NCBI GenBank assembly: GCA_963836285.1
Contig: CAWIIN010000002.1
Span: forward strand, 2,016,021-2,080,020
Length of the DNA: 64,000 bases
Origin: an uncultured Acidobacteriota bacterium
Lineage (GTDB): Bacteria; Acidobacteriota; Thermoanaerobaculia; UBA5066
Direction of reading: 5' to 3'
The notes under the pieces are model-generated. The model made no database searches and had not been told where the DNA came from. It saw only the letters and a list, made by a program, of their open reading frames with translations. Made by a program: the position numbers and the translations under genes. Below, one piece after another: positions 40,182 to 48,746 of this stretch; position 1 is the first letter of the stretch; each line of letters starts with the position of its first letter.

Positions 40182-41135
40182 GTGGCACTCCGCCGCGGGA
40201 ACCGCGCACACGACGACGCGCTCGGGGATGGGGCGATGGACTCCCGCCTCTGGGCAAGCGCGGGGCTCAACGCGGCGATCACCGCCGCGGAGGTCCTCGG
40301 GGGGATCGCCTCGGGCAGCGTGTCACTCCTCTCCGACGCCGCGCACAACGCGAGCGACGTCATGGCCGTCGCCCTCGCGCTCGTGGCCCGGAAGCTGGGC
40401 CGCCGCCCTCCCACCGCCCGCCACACGTACGGATTCCGAAGGGCTGAGGTGGTGGCGGCGCTCGCCAACGCCGTCACGCTGATCGTGGTGACCGCCCTGA
40501 TCGCCCGCGAGGCCGTTCAGCGGTTGGTCCATCCCGAGCCGGTGGCTCGCGGCCTGATGCTCGCCGTGGCCCTCGGCGCGTTCGTCGCAAACGTCGCCTC
40601 GGTCTTCCTGCTCCGCCGCCACCGGGAGGAGGACGTGAACGTCAGGAGCGCGTTCCTCCACATGGCGCAGGACGCTCTCGCCTCGCTGGCGGTGGTCGTG
40701 GCGGCCCTCCTGGCCGGAACCGCGGTGGGGCCGTGGGTCGATCCCGCCGCGGCGCTCCTGGTCGGCCTCGTCGTGCTCCGGAGCGCCGTCTCCCTCGTGT
40801 GGGAGACGGTCTCGACGCTGCTCGAGGGAGTCCCCGCGGGCGTCGACGTCGAGGAGCTGGCCGCGAGCGTCGCCCAGGCGTTCGGCGACGGGCGACTGCA
40901 CCACGTCCACGTTTGGCAGGCCGGCCCGGGCCAGCTCCTCCTCACGGGGCACGTAGCGGTAGACGCCGAGGAGAGCGCGAAGGCCGTCGAGGGTCTGCTC
41001 GGAAGAATCAAGACGTTCCTCCACGAGAGATGGGGCGTGAGCCACGCGACCCTCGAGCCCGAGGTGACGGCGTGCGGGTCGAACGGGCTCCTCGGCGGCT
41101 GGGAGGCGAAACCTCCGCTGCCCTCGAAGCCCTAG
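40182..41135 (+). CDS. Cation diffusion facilitator (CzcD/ZitB-like)
   Basis: SLLSDAAHNASD, TYGFRRAE, NVRSAFLHMAQD, HHVHVW, HATLEPE. Confidence 0.93.
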   Translation: MALRRGNRAHDDALGDGAMDSRLWASAGLNAAITAAEVLGGIASGSVSLLSDAAHNASDVMAVALALVARKLGRRPPTARHTYGFRRAEVVAALANAVTLIVVTALIAREAVQRLVHPEPVARGLMLAVALGAFVANVASVFLLRRHREEDVNVRSAFLHMAQDALASLAVVVAALLAGTAVGPWVDPAAALLVGLVVLRSAVSLVWETVSTLLEGVPAGVDVEELAASVAQAFGDGRLHHVHVWQAGPGQLLLTGHVAVDAEESAKAVEGLLGRIKTFLHERWGVSHATLEPEVTACGSNGLLGGWEAKPPLPSKP

Positions 41136-42136
41136 CGGGACGGGAGAGCGGGTCTCGCGGCGCCGGCGGCGGGCGGGGCCGTGCCGACTGGTTCGAGCCA
41201 TTCGCGATTGGCGAACAGCTCGTCCGGGATGAGAACGTCGAAGTGGTTGAAGAGCGCCGTGACGAAGTGCGAGGCTGCCTCGTCGAGGGCCACGGGACGC
41301 TCGAGTACGAGCGCGCGCTGTCGGGAATGGTGGAACCTCGGGACGCGGTGCGGAACGAGGCGGCCCGCCGCGAGGTGATCCTGCAGCACGTCCCGCGACA
41401 GGAACGAAATGCCCTCTCCGTCGAGGATTGCCCGGACGATGAGGTGCAGGTCGTCGTGGACGATGACTCTCCGGAACTCTCCGAGGTCGTGTCCGGCAGC
41501 GCGCAGGTTGTTCTCGAGCAGGAGGCGGGAGCAACAGCCTTCACGACGGACGAAGAACGGCACGTCGAAGAGCGCCTCGAGCGTGGCGTCCGGTGAGGCG
41601 AGGCCGAGCGCGGGGGCGCTCGCGAAGATCACCTCGTCGCCGGGCAGGGAGAACGAGGCGAGATCGGAAAGGTCGAATGCCTCACACAGCTCCATGACCG
41701 CGAGGTCGAAGGAGTGGGCCGTGATGCCCGCGAGGATCTGGTCGGGGCTGTTGAAGACGAACTTGAGGTCCGCCGAGTCCGGGCAGGCAAGCATGAAGTC
41801 CTTGAGGACCTCCGGGAGGTGGGCGATTCCGAAGGACGCCGTGCAGGAGAACGAGATCCTCGTCTTTCCCCCGAGAACGCGGAGGCCCGACATCAGGTTC
41901 TGCTCGACGCCGAGAAGGGTCCGGGCCGCGTCGAAGACGAGCTTGCCGGCCGGAGTGGGCCGGAGCACCCGGCCGGACCGGTCGACGAGCTCGCAGCCGT
42001 ACTGCTCCTCGAGAATCCTGATGCGGCGCGAGACTCCGGGCTGGGTCAGGTTCAGGTTTTCCGCCGCGCGCGAGAAGGTTCCGGCGTTCACGACTTCGAC
42101 GAACGTTTTCAGGTAGGTCGACTCCACCGGCATCAC
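41132..42136 (-). CDS. LysR-family transcriptional regulator, divergent from the porin-cytochrome operon
   Basis: LKTFVEVV..GTFSRAAENLNLTQPGVSRRIRILE; CysL-like effector domain. Confidence 0.95.
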   Translation of the reverse strand: MMPVESTYLKTFVEVVNAGTFSRAAENLNLTQPGVSRRIRILEEQYGCELVDRSGRVLRPTPAGKLVFDAARTLLGVEQNLMSGLRVLGGKTRISFSCTASFGIAHLPEVLKDFMLACPDSADLKFVFNSPDQILAGITAHSFDLAVMELCEAFDLSDLASFSLPGDEVIFASAPALGLASPDATLEALFDVPFFVRREGCCSRLLLENNLRAAGHDLGEFRRVIVHDDLHLIVRAILDGEGISFLSRDVLQDHLAAGRLVPHRVPRFHHSRQRALVLERPVALDEAASHFVTALFNHFDVLIPDELFANREWLEPVGTAPPAAGAARPALPSR

Positions 42137-42148
42137 CTCGGGAGGGCG

Positions 42149-42167
42149 CCATGACGAGTCGTTATGG
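42149..42167. promoter_or_regulatory. LysR-type T-N11-A palindromic operator
   Basis: CCATGACGAGTCGTTATGG is a near-perfect inverted repeat with T-N11-A spacing, just upstream of the lysR start. Confidence 0.65.
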
Positions 42168-42271
42168 AGCCCATGCGGCCCGCGCAGTGTACCTGAGACG
42201 GGCGGCGCCCTAGGTTGTGGGCGTCGCCCTCGTGGCGACGTCTACCAGTCCAATTATCTTCAGGAGGTTGC

Positions 42272-43603
42272 ATGACATTCACACGGGTCCGAGTGCGCAC
42301 CGCACTCGCCACCGCCGCGGTGGCGGCCGTTCTGACGGCCGCCTCACCCGCCATCGCCATCGACCCCACCTTCGAGTTCCAGGTCAAGGGTCAGGTCTTT
42401 TCCGAGACCACGGATTTCGGCACAGGCGTGGATCGCTCCGGCTCGCGGACGGACATCCATTTCCAGCGCCTGCGGCTCGTCGTCACGGGCATGCTGGACG
42501 ACACCTACGGCTTCAAGTTCCAGACCTGCGGCGCCTGCGGGACCAGCAAGCAGGGTTCCCTCGGCTATGCCGTCACCCTCCAGGACGTCGACTGGAACGA
42601 TCGCGACATCCGCATCATCGACGGCTACGCGATCGCGAACTACTCCGACAAGCTGAACCTCAAGATCGGGTTGACCAAGATCCCCCTCACGCGCGCGAAC
42701 CTGGACGACTGCTTCGCGCCGTTGTCGCAGGACCGCTCGATGTGGGTCTACACGGCGTACGGCACGTCGCCGGCGAAGTTCAGCCGGGACCTCGGGGCCG
42801 TCGTCTGGGGGAACTTCCTCGACGACAGGCTGCGGTACTACGCCGCCCTGTTCCAGGGACGCGAAGGAATCGTGAAGACGACCCATCCCTTCAGCGGCGC
42901 CACGGTAACGTCCTCGCCGGAGCCCGAGAACTCGTTCGAGTACGTCGGCCGGGTTCACTACGCCTTCCTCGATCCCGAGCCCGGGTCCGGATATGAGGGA
43001 ACGTACTTCGGCGACTTGAAGGTCCTGACGCTGGGCGGCGGCGTCGCCTACGAGCCGAACGCCGTCTACAGGAACGTGACGAGCACGGGAGTCGTCCAGA
43101 ACCTGGATACCGTCGCCTACACGGCGTACGCGGCCGACCTCCTCTTCGAGTATCCGACGAAGGCGGGCGTGTTCACGGTCGCGGCGCAATACCTCAAGAC
43201 CGATTTCGACGACGCCTACAAGACGAACTTCAACCCCGGCGACCGCCTCGTCAACATCACCGGGCTGAACGGCCAGAAGAACGGCGGGTACGTGAAGGCT
43301 GGCTACATTCTCCCGCTCAAGATCGGAAAGAAAGGGCTCCTGCAGCCGTACTTTCTGACCGAAAAATGGAAGTTCGCCCACCTGCTCGGAATCGACAACC
43401 AGAAGGTCACGCAGACCGGTGGCGGCCTCAACTACTACGTCAGGCGGCAGAACATCCGGCTGACCGTCGAGTACCTCAGCACCAACTTCGACAAGCCGAC
43501 GGGCTTCATCGGTGCCCGGGTCGACCCGGTCACGTTCGCCCCCATCGACAAGCTGAAGAGCTTCGACACGTTCCGGCTCATGGTCCAGCTCGGCGTCTTC
43601 TAG
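42272..43603 (+). CDS. extI: Outer-membrane porin, ExtI-like (phosphate-selective porin O/P superfamily)
   Basis: Signal peptide, FQRLRL, KIPLTRANLDDCFAPLSQDRS, SRDLGAVVWGN, GRVHYAFLDPE..GYEGTYFG, terminal Phe; synteny with ext-like genes. Confidence 0.8.
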   Translation: MTFTRVRVRTALATAAVAAVLTAASPAIAIDPTFEFQVKGQVFSETTDFGTGVDRSGSRTDIHFQRLRLVVTGMLDDTYGFKFQTCGACGTSKQGSLGYAVTLQDVDWNDRDIRIIDGYAIANYSDKLNLKIGLTKIPLTRANLDDCFAPLSQDRSMWVYTAYGTSPAKFSRDLGAVVWGNFLDDRLRYYAALFQGREGIVKTTHPFSGATVTSSPEPENSFEYVGRVHYAFLDPEPGSGYEGTYFGDLKVLTLGGGVAYEPNAVYRNVTSTGVVQNLDTVAYTAYAADLLFEYPTKAGVFTVAAQYLKTDFDDAYKTNFNPGDRLVNITGLNGQKNGGYVKAGYILPLKIGKKGLLQPYFLTEKWKFAHLLGIDNQKVTQTGGGLNYYVRRQNIRLTVEYLSTNFDKPTGFIGARVDPVTFAPIDKLKSFDTFRLMVQLGVF

Positions 43604-43636
43604 ACAGCCACAGGAAATAACGAGGAGAGACATCTC

Positions 43637-43957
43637 ATGTTGAAAAGAATGACCATCACGCTCTTCGTGGCCGTGGCGCTCGTCGCCGCCGCCACCGTGT
43701 TCGCGGCGCCCGCGACGAACGGCAAGATTCTCGCGATCGACGGCACGTCCGTGAAGATCGCGATCGACGGGGAGAAACCCTCATGGATCAGGGTGGGCGC
43801 GCCTGTGAAGTTCAAGGACGGCGTCGGAAAGGTCCTCGAGGTCTCCGAGGAAGGTGTCACGCCGGTCGTCATCACCGTCAAGACGAAGAAGTCGCCGGAG
43901 ATGAAAGCCGGGGAGGCCGTCTCCTTCGAAAAGGGAAAGTCGACGGCGGGTTGCTGA
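43637..43957 (+). CDS. extJ: Small periplasmic ExtJ-like protein ending in Gly-Cys
   Basis: Signal peptide, GKILAIDG.SVKI..DGEKPSWIRVG, C-terminus KSTAGC; directly follows the porin. Confidence 0.7.
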   Translation: MLKRMTITLFVAVALVAAATVFAAPATNGKILAIDGTSVKIAIDGEKPSWIRVGAPVKFKDGVGKVLEVSEEGVTPVVITVKTKKSPEMKAGEAVSFEKGKSTAGC

Positions 43958-43991
43958 GACCTTGGATCTCCAGAGAAAGGAAGAGGATCCC

Positions 43992-44903
43992 GTGAAGTCG
44001 AAGCGCCTTGTCGTTCCGGTTCTCCTCGTCGGGCTGTTCACGCTGGGGGCGACTCCCATTTTCGCGGCGACTGCGGTAGAGGGCCTTCCGCCGGTCGTCT
44101 CGCCTTCGGTTCTCGCCGAACGTCTTGCGGCCGCGCCGGGCAGCATGGTGCTGCTGGACGCGCGTCCGGCGATCAAGGCGTATCTCGCGGGTCACCTGCC
44201 GGGCGCGCAGTTCGTCGTCGCCGACAGCCTCCGGTCGACGGCGGGCGGCGTGCCCGGCACCCTTTTTCCCTGGGAGACGATCCACCTCGTCGCCCACCGC
44301 CTGGGCGTCACGAGTGACGTTCCCGTCGTCGTGTACGGCGAGGAGAGCGACGTCGATGCGACTTACGTCGCGTCGGTGCTCCGACTGGCCGGCGTCAGAC
44401 AGGTCTCGATCCTCGACGGCGGCTTCGGGCGCTGGACGGCCGAGAAGCGTCCCGTGACGCCCGGGCGCAAGCCGGTGACGCCCTCGACGGAGACATTCAC
44501 ACCCCGGCCGGCCGACCTCGTCCGGCTCGACGAGGTGAAGAAGGCCGTCGAGGAGAACAGCGCCGTCCTCCTCGACGCGCGCCCTGTCGGTGCCTACAAC
44601 ACGGGTCACATCCCCGGCGCGAAATCGCGGTCCTGGGCGAAGGACATCGTCCCGGAAGGACAGCCGAACGCCGGCTCCTTCCGGCCCGACGCCGACGTCA
44701 GGGCGGACTTCGAGGCCGCGGGCGTGACCGCCGCGACGCCGGTCATCGTCTACTGCACGTCGGGCCATCAGGCCTCGCATCTCTTCTTCACGCTCCGCTA
44801 CCGCCTCGGCTACTCGAACGTCCGCCTCTACGACGGCTCCTGGCTCGAGTGGTCGATCACTCCCGGGCTGCCGAAGGAAGTTACTCCGCTTCCCGCGTCC
44901 TGA
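43992..44903 (+). CDS. Exported tandem-rhodanese sulfurtransferase (ExtH-like role)
   Basis: Signal peptide, two LLDARP..Y..GH(L/I)PGA domains, catalytic loop YCTSGHQAS, YDGSWLEW. Confidence 0.9.
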   Translation: MKSKRLVVPVLLVGLFTLGATPIFAATAVEGLPPVVSPSVLAERLAAAPGSMVLLDARPAIKAYLAGHLPGAQFVVADSLRSTAGGVPGTLFPWETIHLVAHRLGVTSDVPVVVYGEESDVDATYVASVLRLAGVRQVSILDGGFGRWTAEKRPVTPGRKPVTPSTETFTPRPADLVRLDEVKKAVEENSAVLLDARPVGAYNTGHIPGAKSRSWAKDIVPEGQPNAGSFRPDADVRADFEAAGVTAATPVIVYCTSGHQASHLFFTLRYRLGYSNVRLYDGSWLEWSITPGLPKEVTPLPAS

Positions 44904-44941
44904 TCTGCTGTCCCGCGGGCGGCGCAACGAGGAACGCCAGA

Positions 44942-47183
44942 ATGAAGAACGAGATCACCCGAAGGCGTTTCCTCGGAACCGCCGCCACGCTGGGCGCAGG
45001 TGCCGTCGCGGCGCCCGCTGTCGCAAGTCCGGGCGGTGCACCCGCCTGGATGGAGCGGCACCGAGCGAGTCGAGAAGATCGCGACGACCTGCGAGATGTG
45101 CTTCTGGCGCTGTGGCGTCCTCGCCTCGGTCGCTGGGCGGGAAGGTCGTTCGGGTCGAGGGGAATCCCGACCATCCCCAGAACCATGGCCGCCTGTGCGC
45201 CCGCGGAAACGCGGGCACCGGGCTGCTCTACGACCCCGACCGGCTGAAGACCCCGCTGCTGCGGATCGGAGAGCGCGGCGAAGGACGCTTCCGGCCCGTC
45301 GGCTGGGACGAGGCGCTCGACTTTCTCGCTGGCCGCCTCGTGAGGCTGCGCGACGAGCACGGCCCGGAAAGCGTCGCCCTCTTCCCGCACGGCAACGGCG
45401 CGCGCTTCTTCGCGACGCTGATGCGCGCATACGGCACGCCGAACAGCGCCGAGCCGTCCTTCGCCCAGTGCCGCGGCCCGCGGGAGGTGGGCTACTCGCT
45501 CACGTTCGGGCAGGGCCTCGGCTCTCCCGAGCCGGTCGATCTCGAGGAGGCGAGGCTCATCGTCCTGATCGGAAGCCATCTGGGCGAGAACGTCTTCACG
45601 TCCCAGATCACCGCGTTCGCGACGGCCTCTCTCGCGGCGCAAAGCTGATCGCGGTCGATCCGCGCTTCTCGACCGCCGCGTCCAAGGCCGACTGGTGGCT
45701 GCCGATCCGGCCCGGCACCGACATCGCGCTGCTCCTCGCGTGGATGAACGTCCTGATCGCCGAGGATCTTTACGACCGGGAATACATCGAGACGTACGCC
45801 ACGGGGTTCGATCGGCTCGTAAAGCACGTCCGGGAGTTCACGCCGGAGTGGGCCGAGGCGATCACGGAGATTCCCGCCGCGAAGATTCGCGAGACGGCGC
45901 GGGCGATGGGCAAGGCGAAGCCGGCCGTCGCCGTTCACCCCGGGCGGCACGTTACCTGGTACGGCGACGATACGCAGCGCGCCCGGGCGATGGCCATCCT
46001 CACGGCTCTGCTGGGGAGCTGGGGGCGAAAGGGCGGCATCTTCCTCCCCACGCCGGTCGCGCGCGGGAGCTTCGATCTCCCGGACTTCCCGGAGTCCAAG
46101 CGGGGCCGCGCAGATGGCGCGGGGAAGCGTTTCCCGCTCGCCATCGAGGAGCTCGGCGTCACGAACGGGCTGATCGACGCGACGCTGTCCGGCGATCCCT
46201 ACCCGATCAAGGCGTGGATCGTCTACGGGCAGAACGTGCTGGAGAGCATCCCGCAGCCGGCCCGGACGATCGAAGCGATCGGGAAGCTGGACCTGATGGT
46301 CGTCGTCGACGTGCTGCCGGTCGAGCAGATCAGGTTCGCGGATCTGGTGCTGCCGGAAGCGACTTATCTCGAGCGCTACGATCCGCCGACGATCGTGGAA
46401 TCCGCCAAGCGGCCGTTCATCGCGGTCCGCTCTCCGGCTTGCGAGCCCCTCTACGAGTCGAAGCCAGGATGGTGGATCGCGAAGGAGCTGGCGAAGAGGC
46501 TGAAGCTGGAGGCGTTCTTCCCGTGGGAGACGCCCGAAGAGCACTCGAGACGATCCTGGAGCCGACCGGGTTCGCGCCCGGGAGCTCGTGAGCCGCGGGG
46601 CGGTGGCCTTCCCGGGCAAACCGTACCTGGAGGACCGCGCCCTGGACGATCGCACCTTCGACACGGCGAGCGGGAAGATCGAGCTCTACTCGGAGGCGCT
46701 CGCGAAGATCGGCGCGGATCCGCTGCCGCGGTACACGGCGCCCCTGCGAGCCGCCGCGGGGCTTCGTCCGGCTGATCTACGGCCGCGCGCCGGTGCATTC
46801 GTTCGCGCGGAGCCAGAACAACGCGGCGCTCGACGCCCTGATGCCCGAGAACGAGGTCTGGCTCGCGCACGGCCGTCGCCCGCGACCTGGGGCGTGCGGC
46901 GGGTCAGCGGATCGTCCTCGAGAACAGCGAGGGCGTGAAGAGCAGCCCGGTCCGGGTCAAGGTCACCGAAGGAATTCGCGCCGATTGCGCCTACCTCGTC
47001 CACGGCTTCGGCCACACGTCGCGAGCTCTGCGCCGCGCCTTCGGCCGGGGAGCCTCCGACAACTCGCTCACGAGCCGGGTGAGCGTCGATCCGCTGACGG
47101 GCGGAACCGGGATGCGCGTGAATTTCGTGCGTCGCGGCCCGGGCGTGAAGGGAGAAGACGAGTGGCCCGATACGCGATGGTGA
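44942..47183 (+). CDS. Tat-exported molybdopterin oxidoreductase catalytic subunit (PsrA/PhsA family), multiply frameshifted
   Basis: Pieces across frames: TRRRFLG (Tat), CEMCFWRC, GRLCARG...YDPDRLKTPL, FAQCRGP, DPRFS...ADWWLPIRPGTD, ADLVLPEATYLERYD, TASGKIE, HSFARSQNN, VHGFGH. About 7 frame switches; the 3' end is approximate. Confidence 0.88.
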
Positions 47184-47893
47184 CGGACCTGCGCAAGTGC
47201 GTGGCCTGCCAGGCCTGCACGGTCGCGTGCAACGCCGAGTGGGACTGTTCCGGCCGGGTACGCGCGGACGCATGTGCGGACGACGCCTCTGGCCGGGACC
47301 TTCCCGCAGCTGACTTCAGCCTTCACGTCGCCCAGTGCAACCAGTGCGACCGCCCGCCCTGCGTCGAGCCGTGCCCCTCGGGCGCGACGTATCGGGACGC
47401 CGGCGGGATCGTGCGCGTCGACCGCGATGTCTGCATCGGCTGCGGCTTCTGCGTCGAGGCCTGCCCCTACGAGGCGCGGTTCATCAACCCGGTACGAAGA
47501 AAGTGGACAAGTGCGACTTCTGCGCGGCCGCGAATCGCGCGCGGCGAGGAGCCCGCCTGCGTCGCGACCTGCACCGGCCACGCCAAGTACTTCGGCGACC
47601 TCGAGGATCGCGACAGCGAAGTGTCACGGCTCGTGTTCCGCGACGGGGCCCGCCGGATGGAGACCCGGACGGTCGCCGTGGGGCCGAACGTCTACTATCT
47701 CGGGCGGCCCGAGCATCTCGACCTGGTCCTCAGCAGCTTCCCGCCCCGGCCCCCGCGGCTCCTCACGGCCGGCGCGGCATGGACGAGGCTCCTGAAGCCG
47801 CTCGTCCTCGCCATGGTGGGGATGACGTTCGCGGGCCAGGCCGTGGCGTTCTTCACGCAGCTCCGAAAGGGGGAGGGCAACTTTGAGGAGTGA
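47162..47893 (+). CDS. 4Fe-4S electron-transfer subunit (PsrB/PhsB-like) with C-terminal TM helix, compensating frameshifts
   Basis: CVACQACTVAC, CNQCDRPPCVEPCP, CIGCGFCVEACPY, KCDFC (shifted frame), PACVATC. Confidence 0.88.
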   Translation: MARYAMVTDLRKCVACQACTVACNAEWDCSGRVRADACADDASGRDLPAADFSLHVAQCNQCDRPPCVEPCPSGATYRDAGGIVRVDRDVCIGCGFCVEACPYEARFINPVRRKWTSATSARPRIARGEEPACVATCTGHAKYFGDLEDRDSEVSRLVFRDGARRMETRTVAVGPNVYYLGRPEHLDLVLSSFPPRPPRLLTAGAAWTRLLKPLVLAMVGMTFAGQAVAFFTQLRKGEGNFEE

Positions 47894-48729
47894 CGCCATC
47901 CCGCTCGTGCCGGTGCCGCTCACCTCGGAGCAGGCCGAGACGATGCTCCAGCGGCAGATCAAGAAGCACCACGTCGCGATCATGCTCCTGCACTGGTTCA
48001 ACGCGGTGACTGGATCTTCGAGGTCTCGACCGGAGCCGCGCTCATCTCCTCGCCGACTCTTTTCGCGTCGCCCCCGAGTGGTATCTCGCGATCCTCAAGG
48101 GCCTGTTCGGCACGCGCGCCAATCTGCTGCGCTTCCACATCGCCCTGGGCCTCACCTGGATGGGCGTCTTCCTCGTCTACGGAGTCTTCGGTTTCCGCAC
48201 GTACTTGCGCGGCGAGGTGCTGAAAAGGAGATCGCACTGGACAGGGACGACGTGCGCTGGCTGATCGTCCGCGCACTGCGCATCCTCGGCACGCACCGAC
48301 GAGGCCCTTCCGCCTCAGGGGATCTACAACGCCGGGCAGAAGCTATTCGCCATGGTGGTCTACGCGATGCTGCCGGTGGTGATGGTGACCGGCGCGATCA
48401 TGACGTTCCGGCTCTTCTCGCCGCGCGTGGTCGGATGGGCGGTGGTTCTCCACTTCACCGCCGTCGGCATGGTCGTGTCCGGGCTGATCGTCCACGTCTA
48501 CATGGGTGCCGTCTTCCCGGAAGAGAAGCCGGCGTTCTTCTCCATGATCACCGGAACCGTCAACGAGCTCTACGCCTACAACCACCACTTCAAGTGGTGG
48601 AGGGAGATGAAGACGGAGCAGCTGGCCTGGGACCGGCGGCGCGAGCCGGTGGCGGAAGCGGCCGGCACCGAGGAACCGACGAGCGGCGACGGAGCCGCAC
48701 CCGGACCGCCGCAAGGGCACGCGGGCTGA
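47883..48729 (+). CDS. FdnI/PhsC-type cytochrome b membrane anchor, frameshifted
   Basis: MLLHWFNA, LLRFHIALG (other frame), PQGIYNAGQKLF, VLHF...IVHVYM...SMITG.V...YAYNHHFKW. Confidence 0.82.
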
Positions 48730-48746
48730 GTCGTGGCCGTGGCGAC

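Noticed and set aside
43952-43995. UGA readthrough after the ExtJ-like terminal Cys
   Set aside because: The readthrough frame gives non-coding-like sequence overlapping the rhodanese gene out of frame; a normal stop is simpler.
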